Source of the DNA: a virus | Taxonomy: Duplodnaviria > Caudoviricetes | Length of the DNA stretch: 61,010 bases | Reading direction: 5' to 3' (one strand) | Virus record (IMG/VR): IMGVR_UViG_3300008255_000145 | Location: 1 to 61,010 of that record | Shown: positions 42,634 through 53,035 of the stretch, piece by piece | How the letters are laid out: each line of letters begins with the position of its first letter | Position numbering within the stretch: position 1 is the first letter of the stretch | Position numbers and translations under genes: made by a program | The notes under the pieces: model-generated | The model's input: the letters and a program-made list of their open reading frames with translations, nothing else | What the model was told of the DNA's origin: nothing | The model's database searches: none

Positions 42634-43127
42634 TATGGTGTACCTATAAGTCTATATGTTGAGTTTAAAAGCATATTTGCCAGAACGTATTTTTCTAAAG
42701 CCTTTCCAAATATTTTAATAGACATACTATCATTATATGATTTTTTTGAGACAACATCAAAATCAAAAGATATAGTAGATTGAGGAAAGTAATTTACAAA
42801 AATTACACCTGATGGATAAACAGAAGAATTAATGGCTATAGTCACAGCAGTATTCCATGCAGTCTTCCATATTGTGAGATTTTTTATTAAAATAGTAGAT
42901 AAATCATTCATAAATAAATCTAATATTGGATATTTAATATTAGACTTAATAGATTCCATTGCAGTATTAATATTACACATTTCTTGTAACTTTATCTCTT
43001 GTGGTATATAATCATCGATTAATGAACATAAATTAACCATTGATAATGAATATCGGTCGGCTTCATCTATCTTTTTCCACCCACTTTCATCTGGAATTTC
43101 TTCATTATAATAATCTAGCATTCTCAT
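42633..43127 (-). CDS. Hypothetical protein (164 aa)
   Basis: Coupled ORF (TAATG overlaps). Confidence 0.6.
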   Translation of the reverse strand: MRMLDYYNEEIPDESGWKKIDEADRYSLSMVNLCSLIDDYIPQEIKLQEMCNINTAMESIKSNIKYPILDLFMNDLSTILIKNLTIWKTAWNTAVTIAINSSVYPSGVIFVNYFPQSTISFDFDVVSKKSYNDSMSIKIFGKALEKYVLANMLLNSTYRLIGTP

Positions 43128-43690
43128 TATGAATTTCCTGCATAATTAGCATCACCCGTTTCATCTGTTCCTGAATCTACATCAAATGGAACATATATTA
43201 ATTTAGATGAATATTGTTCATTGATAGATGGTACACTTACTCTTGATATCATACCATCATCTTTCTCTGGATCTCTATGTGATAATGCATCTGTATATGT
43301 GCTTGATGTTGATACATATGCTTCTGCATCTTTGTAATCATCATCTTCCATATGCTTTGTCCATGGTTCTATTGTTATAGTAGCAAGTGTAGATGCTGGG
43401 GAGGTGTTTGCGCCCATATTTCCTATATGCATATGACTATTAAATTCTTCTGCATGTTGATCTAGTATATTTGTCATCTCTTCGTGTATATCCTTTTCCC
43501 ATTTAGCACTATCTATTCTACTTCTAAAATCTGCAACAATCATAGGATATAGCATTAGATATAGTTGTATTAATTGATCTTCAGTTATCTGTATTGGAGA
43601 TAAGTTAATTGTTTGTAGTTTTTGTGGATCCATAGACACATAATCGCTCCACATCCCAATAGAACTTTTATTGCTAGATAATATATCCAT
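43127..43690 (-). CDS. Protein with spike-apex-like HxH motif (187 aa)
   Basis: FNSHMHIGNMGANTSP resembles the H-x-H..G..T..P metal-binding apex of P2 gpV / phi92 gp138. Confidence 0.5.
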   Translation of the reverse strand: MDILSSNKSSIGMWSDYVSMDPQKLQTINLSPIQITEDQLIQLYLMLYPMIVADFRSRIDSAKWEKDIHEEMTNILDQHAEEFNSHMHIGNMGANTSPASTLATITIEPWTKHMEDDDYKDAEAYVSTSSTYTDALSHRDPEKDDGMISRVSVPSINEQYSSKLIYVPFDVDSGTDETGDANYAGNS

Positions 43691-44640
43691 TAGTTTAGTT
43701 TCCTATAATGTATATTGTCATTTGATAATTTTATATCAGAAGAATAAATTGAAACATAATCAAAATCACCAATACATGCACTAGTATGTACTGTTTTATC
43801 ATTAAATAAATATACAGAACTAGTAGTTAATATTGGAGTTAAAGTACCTACCCCTACACCCTGCATTATAACGCTATTTAAAGTACAAAGAATTGTACCA
43901 GTATCACTTATATGTATTCCTAGAATGTACTCCGTAGAATAACTTCTTATAAAATCGGAACTTGTCCATACATATGAACCAATTGTTATTTCTAATTCTG
44001 AAGTTGCAGTAAATGCTATTTTAAGATTACCAGATTCAAATAGTGTTTTACTGGCAGGTGATGTAAAGTAGCCCTTGATAAACAACCCAAGAGATGTCAT
44101 CACTGGCATATTAGACACTAATGCACCTTCGTCACTGTTGCTTATAGATATATAGCTATTATCATTCAATAGATTGGAAGAATATGTTCCTATTAATGAA
44201 ACTACTTGAGCACCTTTTCTGTATGAATATGTGTAATTATTAAAATCCAAAAATAACTGCAAATCAGTAGTATCTGTTATTGAAACATCGTATTTAAAGT
44301 CTATATTAGTAGACAATACGTCTATATCATTACCTGCAGATATAACTTCTAATTTTATCTTATATGTCCCACCTACAGGTATAACGGCATCTATAGAAGC
44401 GTCTATTGAGCCAGATAGTCCATTGTGTGTTTTTGACCATGCATTATTTATATATTCATATATTGATATACTAGTATCTGTGGGCGCGATCGTTACAAGG
44501 TGTATATTATATATAAAGTTATCTTCATCATTTGTTATTAATACCTCTACTGTATCTGTACCATCATCCATTAAGTTAAATGGCATTATATCAAATGGCT
44601 CCCAATCATTTAACGATTGATTCATTATGTCTAATTTCAT
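43690..44640 (-). CDS. Virion protein with probable LamG/concanavalin-like C-terminal domain (316 aa)
   Basis: LQLFLDFN..GDFDYVSIYS pattern, beta-rich. Confidence 0.5.
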   Translation of the reverse strand: MKLDIMNQSLNDWEPFDIMPFNLMDDGTDTVEVLITNDEDNFIYNIHLVTIAPTDTSISIYEYINNAWSKTHNGLSGSIDASIDAVIPVGGTYKIKLEVISAGNDIDVLSTNIDFKYDVSITDTTDLQLFLDFNNYTYSYRKGAQVVSLIGTYSSNLLNDNSYISISNSDEGALVSNMPVMTSLGLFIKGYFTSPASKTLFESGNLKIAFTATSELEITIGSYVWTSSDFIRSYSTEYILGIHISDTGTILCTLNSVIMQGVGVGTLTPILTTSSVYLFNDKTVHTSACIGDFDYVSIYSSDIKLSNDNIHYRKLN

Positions 44641-46646
44641 ATATTTTTTCTCCTTGTTGATTTATTTCTATTAACCATTTGGCTTCTTGTGCCAGTATTT
44701 CTAATTATCATTGATTTGCCTCTTTTATACATATTTTGATTGATAGATATACCATGTGCTATTTCATATTCTTCTCTTTCCATTGCTTTATCTCTTTCTA
44801 ACATATCGTCTATCGGAGACGTTGCATGATGTTTGCTGGATCCATATAATGGAGAATTGTTTACAATATTTAAACCAGTTGCTGAATGACTCATTAGTGG
44901 TTTAATCAATGAAGAATATTCCATATGGAATGCAAATAATCCTAACATAACAGCATCCAACATATGATCTCCAACCTTTGGATCTTTACCATATACAGGT
45001 ACTCCAGATGGAGTGAATTTTTCTATAATATATCCAGAAAGTTGATCTATTAGTAATTGGTCATTAATACTTATGTCTATGAATTCATTTTCAAATATTC
45101 TAACTGCATTATTAACCATATAAGATTTAGTTTGTTTCTTTACTCTCTCTTTAGTCCATGGATCTATTACTTCTATCGAAGAAGAATAGTTTATTGATTT
45201 TGCATGTATTAACTTTCTTGATTGGGAGTTAGGGGCTGAATAGAGTCCTATCTCATGTAATCTTTCTATTTGTGCAGAACCATGTCCATAATCTGCATAT
45301 ATAAAGTCGCACTTCCATTTATTGTTTAATTTAACAATATCTGCTACAGCCTTTGTTTGAGTCCATCCGGCTATATGTACTGAACTTTTATCTACTACTT
45401 TATATCGTTTATCTTTAATATTATACCCAATAATAACTATTTGAGTTCCGTTCTCTGCATCATTCCAATCAACACCCATGGCATATAGCCAATCGGGCTG
45501 TTCTATTTGTTCTGCATATGCATAATCTTTTTGTGCGGCCTTTACAAACTGTGCCTGGAATACTGTCTCTCCATCATCTGAAAATGCAGCTAAAACTTCA
45601 TGGTTATAACCTGATATTGTAAGCTGATTCCTAAAGTCAGTTTCCATTTGTAATGACCATTCTGGATGAAATTTATCTGTTGGGAAATAAAATCCAACAA
45701 ATGTTTTATCGTGAACACGATCATAGAAATAGTCTTTATGGCCCTTAGGTGTAGAAGATACCCATAGCTCCACATCTTGATGTTCATTTATAAGAGCAAT
45801 TACTGCATCTGTATCTTCACTAGTTAAGAATGAAGCTTCATCTAGTACAAGGAAATCAGCCGCGCTACCACGTACAGCAGACGATCCAGATACATAACCA
45901 GTTATAGTAACACCATTATTTAATTCTAGTGATGTAATAGGAGATTTTCTAGTAGGAACTTTACGTTTTGATTTAGCTTCCCTGCCACACATATTCAATA
46001 ATTCATCATTACCATCTATAAGTTCTTCTATCATCTTAAAGATAACGTTAACTTGAGATTGGTTAGGAGTAAAAATTACTATATTATAAGTACCTTTTTC
46101 TTTAGTTGGCTTCCAAGTAAAAGCTCTATGAACTATACGAACAGATAAACTAGCACTTTTACCAATACGACGTCCGGCTCTAGTAACAATACGTTTACTA
46201 ATACTGCGAACCATCTGTCCTTGATAAGGGAATCCATTTTTAGAAGTTCTAGGCTCCCACCCACCATAATTAACATATAAATTATTCTTAGCCCATGTAA
46301 CAGGATCATAATATTCTACAATCTCCATTATCTCTTCTTCAGAGAGTACAGCTCTAAGCTGTTTTGGTATTAGTTTCTTATAGTAATCTTCAATAGGATC
46401 AAACATAAATGCAGGATCCATTGCCATGGCTTCTGATATATATATCTCTCTATCTTTTTTGGCTACTTCTATTTGCTCTATAATGCGTTTTCTAATTTCT
46501 TCTTCATTAGGAGGGACTCTTTCAAATCCATCACGGCTAACTTTATTATCGTCGAAAAGTTTTTGTTCATGACGCTTATAGAAATGCTTATACGGATTAC
46601 CTATAAATTCATCGTCACTATTTAATATTACTTTTTCTTCACTCAT
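44637..46646 (-). CDS. terL: Terminase large subunit
   Basis: YQ motif, Walker A AGRRIGKS, Walker B FLVLDEA, coupling motif SSTP, nuclease motifs MGVDWN and DHMLDA. Confidence 0.95.
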   Translation of the reverse strand: MSEEKVILNSDDEFIGNPYKHFYKRHEQKLFDDNKVSRDGFERVPPNEEEIRKRIIEQIEVAKKDREIYISEAMAMDPAFMFDPIEDYYKKLIPKQLRAVLSEEEIMEIVEYYDPVTWAKNNLYVNYGGWEPRTSKNGFPYQGQMVRSISKRIVTRAGRRIGKSASLSVRIVHRAFTWKPTKEKGTYNIVIFTPNQSQVNVIFKMIEELIDGNDELLNMCGREAKSKRKVPTRKSPITSLELNNGVTITGYVSGSSAVRGSAADFLVLDEASFLTSEDTDAVIALINEHQDVELWVSSTPKGHKDYFYDRVHDKTFVGFYFPTDKFHPEWSLQMETDFRNQLTISGYNHEVLAAFSDDGETVFQAQFVKAAQKDYAYAEQIEQPDWLYAMGVDWNDAENGTQIVIIGYNIKDKRYKVVDKSSVHIAGWTQTKAVADIVKLNNKWKCDFIYADYGHGSAQIERLHEIGLYSAPNSQSRKLIHAKSINYSSSIEVIDPWTKERVKKQTKSYMVNNAVRIFENEFIDISINDQLLIDQLSGYIIEKFTPSGVPVYGKDPKVGDHMLDAVMLGLFAFHMEYSSLIKPLMSHSATGLNIVNNSPLYGSSKHHATSPIDDMLERDKAMEREEYEIAHGISINQNMYKRGKSMIIRNTGTRSQMVNRNKSTRRKNI

Positions 46647-47056
46647 TTGAGCACTTCTTGTCTTTTAATTAATTTTATTAACATACTAGTTATCAATTCT
46701 TTATGTTTATTTAAATATGAATATAATAATAAACTTTCTTTTTTAGCAACTATATACATATTTAAGATATCTTTTGTAGAGAGTGTTTTATTAACTATTC
46801 TTCTAAATAATGATTCAACAATTTTCTCTTTTCCAGTAATAGTATAATGACATTGTGTACATAGTGTTATACCATTATCTAAGCGATAAGTCAAGTCTGG
46901 AAAATCTATCTTACGCTTAATGTGATGAGCATTAACATTGCCCATTCTTCCGCATAATTGACATTTATATCTATCTCTTTTATAGACTTTAAGTCGCCAT
47001 GTTTTATATGAGGGACTATTGTAGTCATAATTCTTCTTTTTGGCCTTGCGTATCAC
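46643..47056 (-). CDS. HNH endonuclease
   Basis: WR..V..RD.Y.CQLCG..AHHIK..NGITLCTQCH; overlaps the terL start. Confidence 0.9.
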   Translation of the reverse strand: MIRKAKKKNYDYNSPSYKTWRLKVYKRDRYKCQLCGRMGNVNAHHIKRKIDFPDLTYRLDNGITLCTQCHYTITGKEKIVESLFRRIVNKTLSTKDILNMYIVAKKESLLLYSYLNKHKELITSMLIKLIKRQEVLK

Positions 47057-48288
47057 TGTAAATTCTTACTTGCTATCTCCGCTAGTTCAGATCTCTGACC
47101 GTGTTTTAATGTTATGTGAGCGGATATAGTTTCGTTCTTCATTGCATTGATTAAGTAGTTCAAGCCATTAGACCTACTGTCTAAGTATGGTGTATCTATT
47201 TGGTCTAAATCACCTAAGAATATAAGTTTTGCGCCTTCTCCTGCTCTTGTAACTACAGTTTTTATCTCATGAGGAGATGCGTTTTGGCTTTCATCAATAA
47301 TGAAGAATACACGAGGCAAACTTCTACCTCTAATAAAATTCAATGCCTCTATAGCTATCTTTTCATTAGCCAGTAATGCATCTATCTTCTCTTTTCCACT
47401 TTTACCATTATCAGGTGCGGTTTCTCCAATAACCTCTAAATTATCAAAGAATGGTTGTAAATATGGTTTAATCTTTTCTTCCATAGTTCCTGGTAAAAAT
47501 CCGATCTCTCTTCCCATATCAACTGTGGGTCTTGCTATTAATATTTTTCTATAATCCTTTTTATGATGCAATGCAGCTGCTATTGTTAGAATAGTCTTTC
47601 CTGTACCACTATTACCTGTAACTGTTACTAAGGGTATATTGGGATTCGCCAAAGCATCTAAGAGGAATATTTGTTCCGCGTTTCTTGGATTAATACCAAA
47701 TGCATTATATGAATTTATTAATTTATATTGATTGTCAATTTTATCGTATCTACATAAAGCAGACTGCCTACCTGACTTTAATGTAAAATATTCGTTTGGA
47801 ATAGGATCTTTTATTTGCTCTAATTCTCCAACAAAACCTTTTGAATATATTTCATCAATTACTTCTGAAGGCAATCCTCTGACTGTTCTATATCCGTTAT
47901 ACGATTTAGAAGATTGAGATAAATTTTCATTCTCATAATCCTGTACAGACACACCAGAAGCCTTTGCGATTGTTCTTAGTGATATATCTTTTGTAACAAG
48001 TGTAGAACCAGATAATTTAGCAACATGTAGTATTTTCTCATCATTAGTGAAATCATCTGGAACTTCATAGCCATCAAGAATTAACCAATTATATTCATTT
48101 TTATCTACATCTCTAATAAAACTTCTTGCATTAAAATTATTTACCTCTGTTCCATTCTTAAAAGTATCTATTTCTTTTAAAACAGTAAGAGGTATTATTA
48201 CTTTTGAATCTGGGAAAGCATGGATACTTTCGGGATCGTATAATATAACATTTGTATCAATAACATACGAATTCATATTGTTCTCCAT
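47053..48288 (-). CDS. phoH: PIN-domain PhoH-family protein (PhoH2/YlaK type)
   Basis: PIN motifs VIDTNV..NDEKI..LVTKD; ATPase motifs GNSGTGKT, IGFLPG, IRGRSL, IIDESQN, GDLDQID. Confidence 0.92.
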   Translation of the reverse strand: MENNMNSYVIDTNVILYDPESIHAFPDSKVIIPLTVLKEIDTFKNGTEVNNFNARSFIRDVDKNEYNWLILDGYEVPDDFTNDEKILHVAKLSGSTLVTKDISLRTIAKASGVSVQDYENENLSQSSKSYNGYRTVRGLPSEVIDEIYSKGFVGELEQIKDPIPNEYFTLKSGRQSALCRYDKIDNQYKLINSYNAFGINPRNAEQIFLLDALANPNIPLVTVTGNSGTGKTILTIAAALHHKKDYRKILIARPTVDMGREIGFLPGTMEEKIKPYLQPFFDNLEVIGETAPDNGKSGKEKIDALLANEKIAIEALNFIRGRSLPRVFFIIDESQNASPHEIKTVVTRAGEGAKLIFLGDLDQIDTPYLDSRSNGLNYLINAMKNETISAHITLKHGQRSELAEIASKNLQ

Positions 48289-48311
48289 TTGGTTATAGAA
48301 TAATTAATTTA

Positions 48312-49211
48312 TTAATAAAGAGCATTCATTAACATCTGTGATTCTCTTCCTAGCTCACTTCTCAAATTCATTTGAGATGTTCTTATAGATAACATAGATC
48401 TCTGTCTCATTGTTTGTGTCATTTCATTATCTCTAAACATTCCGCCTGTTTCTGGGGTACCGAACCTACGTACTGCTCTTGCTATATTCATAACAGTTGG
48501 GGCAAGTTGATAACCTATGTAACCACCGGCTAACATACCAATAGCGCCACCAACGGTCGCGCCAACTCCACCAGCAAAAGAACCAATTGCAGTACCAATA
48601 ACACCACCGGCCCTAGCACCGACAGTAGCTCCAATTTCACTACCAAGACCTACATAGGCGCCTACAAGACTGCCTTTATCTCTTAGCCCTTGTTCTATGG
48701 ACATGGTCCCAAACATAAATCCTAATCCAGGAGCAAGATACTTAGAAGAGCCTTTAACTCCATTCAAATATCCTATCTCTCTAGTAGAAGCGCCTATACT
48801 TTTTCCATTGATTATATTATTTCTATATTTTAAGGTCCATGTTCCTATATTCATACCAACACGTCTACCTCTATCAAATTTTCTTCCTATTATTCCAGGA
48901 CCTAAGGATACATAGTCAGTTAGCAATCCTTTAGCATTGCTTTTGACGGATCTTTCTATTGAATTCACTCTAGATCTTTTAGATGCACCTTCTATACTCT
49001 TCCATGCACCACCTACCTTTCCTCTGATGCCACCTTGAGTGGCCCATTTACTACCATATTTATCATAAGCATTACTGCCATAATAACCGTATAGTCCAGA
49101 TGCAATAGGAGCGCCTGCAAGCAGTCCTATACTAGCAACATAAAAAGGCTTACCGGATAATGCTATACTAGTGCGTTCATCTGAATATTCATCGTAATTT
49201 GCATAATTCAT
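48312..49211 (-). CDS. Gly-rich basic protein with glycine-zipper hydrophobic segment; putative ejected virion protein (299 aa)
   Basis: GARAGGVIGTAIGSFAGGVGATVGGAIGMLAGG repeats. Confidence 0.6.
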   Translation of the reverse strand: MNYANYDEYSDERTSIALSGKPFYVASIGLLAGAPIASGLYGYYGSNAYDKYGSKWATQGGIRGKVGGAWKSIEGASKRSRVNSIERSVKSNAKGLLTDYVSLGPGIIGRKFDRGRRVGMNIGTWTLKYRNNIINGKSIGASTREIGYLNGVKGSSKYLAPGLGFMFGTMSIEQGLRDKGSLVGAYVGLGSEIGATVGARAGGVIGTAIGSFAGGVGATVGGAIGMLAGGYIGYQLAPTVMNIARAVRRFGTPETGGMFRDNEMTQTMRQRSMLSIRTSQMNLRSELGRESQMLMNALY

Positions 49212-49214
49212 AAC

Positions 49215-50129
49215 TTACCTATTGCCTAACGTTTTGAATTTTCTACCATTCTTATAATGTGTTTTTCCCTTATATCCCGATACTATAAGATTATTTTTTA
49301 GAGCAAAATTTGCCTTAATAGTTGCTCGCACTTCTCTAGCTTTCTTTTTCATGTTATATGCTGTCTTTGCTGTGGATTTTAATCTTCCAGACTCTTTATA
49401 TAATTGTCCTTTTGCCAGTCCAACATTTTCTCTATATTTACCAATCGCCTTTAGTCCCCTTTTGCCTCCTCCTCTAAAGAATCCAACGGAACCACCTAAC
49501 ATTACACCCTTAAATGCACCAGACAAAACAGTTTCATCATCACTAAAAGCTCCATATACACCACCTGCGGCAACTCCAGTAATAGCTCCACTAGATGCTC
49601 CAACCATAGAATTAATAGCATGAGCCGTGGCGGGCATTTTGCCCTTGCCCATTTTGCCAGATAGATAATTCAACATACTACCTTTCTTAGCTTTGCCAAA
49701 CATATTAACTACATCGTCTGCGCCCATATTTTTAAGACCTCCAAGAATTCTTCCTTTGCCAAAGCGCTCCATTCGTTGAGCAAATCTGGCGGGTCTTCTA
49801 CTCGCATACATACCAACACCAGCCATAGCTCCCATTAAAAGAGAAGAGCCGTAACCTCCACTTTCGCCTTCTGTTTTATTATAAGCAGCTTTGAATCCGA
49901 GAGCTCCTACAGCTCCAGCTCCTGCAAGTGCAGGCATACCAAAACCAAAACTTCCGCGTTTATTTGTATAAGTAGAACCGGCACGATCAGATAATCCAAG
50001 TTGTGCCATCCTTTTTTCTGCGAGTCTCTCTGTGGCACTATTGGATGCACTTTTTGCAAGCCTGCCCCACCATCCTTTTGCTTTATTAGCAGTATTCATT
50101 ACATCATTTGTAACGTTAGCTATATTCAT
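49215..50129 (-). CDS. Gly/Ala/Lys-rich protein with hydrophobic segments; putative ejected virion protein (304 aa)
   Basis: GxxxG helices and a very basic composition; RBS AAGGAG. Confidence 0.6.
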   Translation of the reverse strand: MNIANVTNDVMNTANKAKGWWGRLAKSASNSATERLAEKRMAQLGLSDRAGSTYTNKRGSFGFGMPALAGAGAVGALGFKAAYNKTEGESGGYGSSLLMGAMAGVGMYASRRPARFAQRMERFGKGRILGGLKNMGADDVVNMFGKAKKGSMLNYLSGKMGKGKMPATAHAINSMVGASSGAITGVAAGGVYGAFSDDETVLSGAFKGVMLGGSVGFFRGGGKRGLKAIGKYRENVGLAKGQLYKESGRLKSTAKTAYNMKKKAREVRATIKANFALKNNLIVSGYKGKTHYKNGRKFKTLGNR

Positions 50130-50143
50130 AATACTTCTCCTTA

Positions 50144-51928
50144 TTACATGACATAATGATTTGTCATATGTTTACTCATTTCCAATCCAATGCCTGCAGT
50201 AGATACAAACTCATTTTTTCTTTTAAAGAAAGATGCTGTTTGATAGCTATTTGCAGTCTGAAATGTATTAGACGGTTGTATATTAATTCTTTGTAATTTT
50301 TCTATGGGTGAATAATCACCATTATAATTATCATCATCAGATGATACTTCTTTTTCATAACTATTAGTGCCCATTGATATCAATGTACTTGCTGCTATTA
50401 ATCCTGCTACTACTAATGCTCCTTTAGTTATAGAACTCTTAAGGGATTGTAATGCTTCTTTCGAGGAGATAGAAGAAATATGGGGCGGCCTCTCCATTAT
50501 CTTAAATTTATTTGTTTTTTCTTTCCATATTCTAGATGATATAGTATGATTAGCTTCACTAAAATTCTTTCTCATTGAATCTACTTTATCTTCTAATTCC
50601 TGACCAGTTAATCCGTATAAATCGTCTTTTAATGGTATATATAATTTAGCTACTTCATCTTCGTTAAAGTCCGTATATCTTTCAGATATTTGTTTAAATA
50701 TAACACTTTCGCTACTTGAAGCATTTCTAGGCTCTCCTTTTGGACCTGTATCAAAATACATTAAATCTTTAGAATCATTAATATCTACTATTCTTTCTCT
50801 ATATGCCATATCTATCATCTGAGATTGTAAGTTGTTTTCCGATATTCTATATGCATCATTTTTAAGACCAGTACCTTTATCAAATTCTGGTGTAGATATA
50901 TCTTCAAAATACTCTAACATAGCATTAGTTTCTTTTTTAAGATTGGCGTGAGATATCTCGCCACCGGCAGCTATTATATTTATATCACTAACTACTGCTT
51001 CTAGAACAGATTGGTTCATAATAACATCCCATCTCGTATGTCCTATTTTTGCAGTATCAATACCAATTAATTCAGCAAGTGTATCTAATTTATGTCCTAC
51101 ATTTATATTATCACCAAACTGTAAAAATTTATTCGCGGCCTCTCCATCTCTTCTTGTTATATTAGCTTGACTAGCCATACCTAACATTATTTTAGATATA
51201 GTGAAACTATCTACAATAGCAGCTTTAGTATAAACACCACCCACTTTAGAAGCTAAAGCCATTTCTACATTTTTATTTATCTTAGACCATGCTTCATGAT
51301 ATTTACTAGTTGTTTTCCTTGTAGCATTAGCATCTAATAAGAGTTTACCTGTTCCACCAGTATAAACACTATTTTGTTTCCAATATGCTATTTCTGATAC
51401 TTCTTTTTTTGTAACACTTCTACTACTAAGGATATCTTCAATCTCTGATATAGACATGCCTATATTTACACCCAAAGGATCCATTCTAGTTTGTAGTTTA
51501 ATTAATTGTTCATTAATTAACGGATTATTCAATTCCGCATAACTCATTACCTTTCTCATATCAAAAGATAAGTTATGTCCTGTCATTATAGGTGTCTTAT
51601 CTAATTGTTTGTTTATATCTAATAACAACTCCAAAGGAGATATTTCTTTTTTGATGTTTGGACGCGCAGCCTCCATAAAAGGTTTAGAGAATGATGATGC
51701 ATTTCTTCTTTCTTCTTTACTTAATTGTAAATATACTTCCCTAGCATCTTCGTCTCCCCACTCAGCAAAAGCTGCAGACCATATACCTTGATCATTCTTA
51801 AGACCTGTAGTTTCAACGTCAAATGTAAACATCTTATCCGTATGATGCATAAGATTGTTTAATCCACTCTGAGCCTGCTTAGTGTTAAAGTACTTTTGAT
51901 ATGATATCTTTGTATTAAAATCACCCAT
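50144..51928 (-). CDS. DEDDh (DnaQ-like) 3'-5' exonuclease domain protein with C-terminal hydrophobic helix (594 aa)
   Basis: ExoI FD37VE39TTGL, ExoII GHNLSFD, VDSF..KLDTLA, ExoIII-like HTRWDV; C-terminal GALVVAGLIAASTLISMG. Confidence 0.8.
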   Translation of the reverse strand: MGDFNTKISYQKYFNTKQAQSGLNNLMHHTDKMFTFDVETTGLKNDQGIWSAAFAEWGDEDAREVYLQLSKEERRNASSFSKPFMEAARPNIKKEISPLELLLDINKQLDKTPIMTGHNLSFDMRKVMSYAELNNPLINEQLIKLQTRMDPLGVNIGMSISEIEDILSSRSVTKKEVSEIAYWKQNSVYTGGTGKLLLDANATRKTTSKYHEAWSKINKNVEMALASKVGGVYTKAAIVDSFTISKIMLGMASQANITRRDGEAANKFLQFGDNINVGHKLDTLAELIGIDTAKIGHTRWDVIMNQSVLEAVVSDINIIAAGGEISHANLKKETNAMLEYFEDISTPEFDKGTGLKNDAYRISENNLQSQMIDMAYRERIVDINDSKDLMYFDTGPKGEPRNASSSESVIFKQISERYTDFNEDEVAKLYIPLKDDLYGLTGQELEDKVDSMRKNFSEANHTISSRIWKEKTNKFKIMERPPHISSISSKEALQSLKSSITKGALVVAGLIAASTLISMGTNSYEKEVSSDDDNYNGDYSPIEKLQRINIQPSNTFQTANSYQTASFFKRKNEFVSTAGIGLEMSKHMTNHYVM

Positions 51929-52191
51929 TAGTCAAAAAACCCTGATTCATCCATTAATATAATTAAGTCTTGTAAGACTTCTTGACTATCCATATCTAAT
52001 ACATAATGATATATATCATTAAATACCTGTTGGTGTTCTGGATTGTCAAACCTTAATATTCTCATAGCTGGGATTGTCTTATTATTAGTCATAGCTAAAG
52101 AGGTCTCTATAAAGTCCTTAATATTATTAATATTATAGTTAGCTACTTCCTCTAAATAATATTCTTTTGGTAGTTTAATCCTATTATTCAT
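51928..52191 (-). CDS. Hypothetical protein (87 aa)
   Basis: Coupled ORF in the late operon. Confidence 0.6.
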   Translation of the reverse strand: MNNRIKLPKEYYLEEVANYNINNIKDFIETSLAMTNNKTIPAMRILRFDNPEHQQVFNDIYHYVLDMDSQEVLQDLIILMDESGFFD

Positions 52192-53035
52192 TGTTTTTCC
52201 CTTTACTCATATCTTCTTTAATTTGGTCCATGATAGCTATCATTTTATTTACTCTTGCTGTTTTAGTATTATCTTCTTCAGAAGCACTTCCATAGTCTTT
52301 AATCGCACTTTTTGATTTTCGGGTTGCATTAAGCGATTCTAAAATTTTCATCCTTCTAGTCTTCATTTTTTCTTTTAATCCCCAAGCCCAATGTTCTACT
52401 TCTTCTTGTATAATAGTGCCATCGGCGGCAACACTCTCCTTAATTCCATATAATGATGCATTCTTAGGTTCTGCTAATACATTAGTAACTCTAGTTTCCA
52501 TAATAATAAGTTCACTTAACTCTTGTATTAACATAATCTCACTATGTTCATTAACATCTACATCAAACTCATTGATAAATCTAGTAGTATGATAATTTAA
52601 TAAATCAGCTTCAACAAGACATGGTTTCCCCAATGGTTCTTTTCCTAGTTCTACATAAGGACAATTTTTAGCGAATGGACATTCAGTACCTTGGCATGTC
52701 AAGGGAACCGCGGCATTTACTCCTGTACTCATTTTCTTATAAGACATCATTAACTTTCTAGCTTCTTCTTCTGTTAATACAATATCTCCATATTGTTCTA
52801 ACTTAGTAGATTCCATATTACTAAAGAATTCATTTCTAGTTAATATTCCTTCACTTGTTAATGATATACCTGTTATATCTGTTAATATAATAGTACCTGT
52901 TTCTGTACTTTTTTGTGGCGGGAGCTTTTCTCTTAATTCTTTATTTGTTTCTACTCCTTGCCTCTTTCTTTCTTGCTCTAGTAATTCTATAAAGTCATCT
53001 TTTTTAGAGTTTATATCTATTTCTGTATAGTCCAT
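52184..53035 (-). CDS. Cys-rich protein, possible terminase small subunit (283 aa)
   Basis: First gene of the late arm. CQGTECPFAKNCP..PCLVE followed by helices and ILESLNATRKSK, a TerS-like oligomerisation pattern. Confidence 0.4.
   Translation of the reverse strand: MDYTEIDINSKKDDFIELLEQERKRQGVETNKELREKLPPQKSTETGTIILTDITGISLTSEGILTRNEFFSNMESTKLEQYGDIVLTEEEARKLMMSYKKMSTGVNAAVPLTCQGTECPFAKNCPYVELGKEPLGKPCLVEADLLNYHTTRFINEFDVDVNEHSEIMLIQELSELIIMETRVTNVLAEPKNASLYGIKESVAADGTIIQEEVEHWAWGLKEKMKTRRMKILESLNATRKSKSAIKDYGSASEEDNTKTARVNKMIAIMDQIKEDMSKGKNNE

Noticed and set aside
1709-51791. Many plus-strand ORFs in the track across the late arm
   Set aside because: They are antisense shadows of long coupled minus-strand genes, with no RBS and no recognisable motifs.
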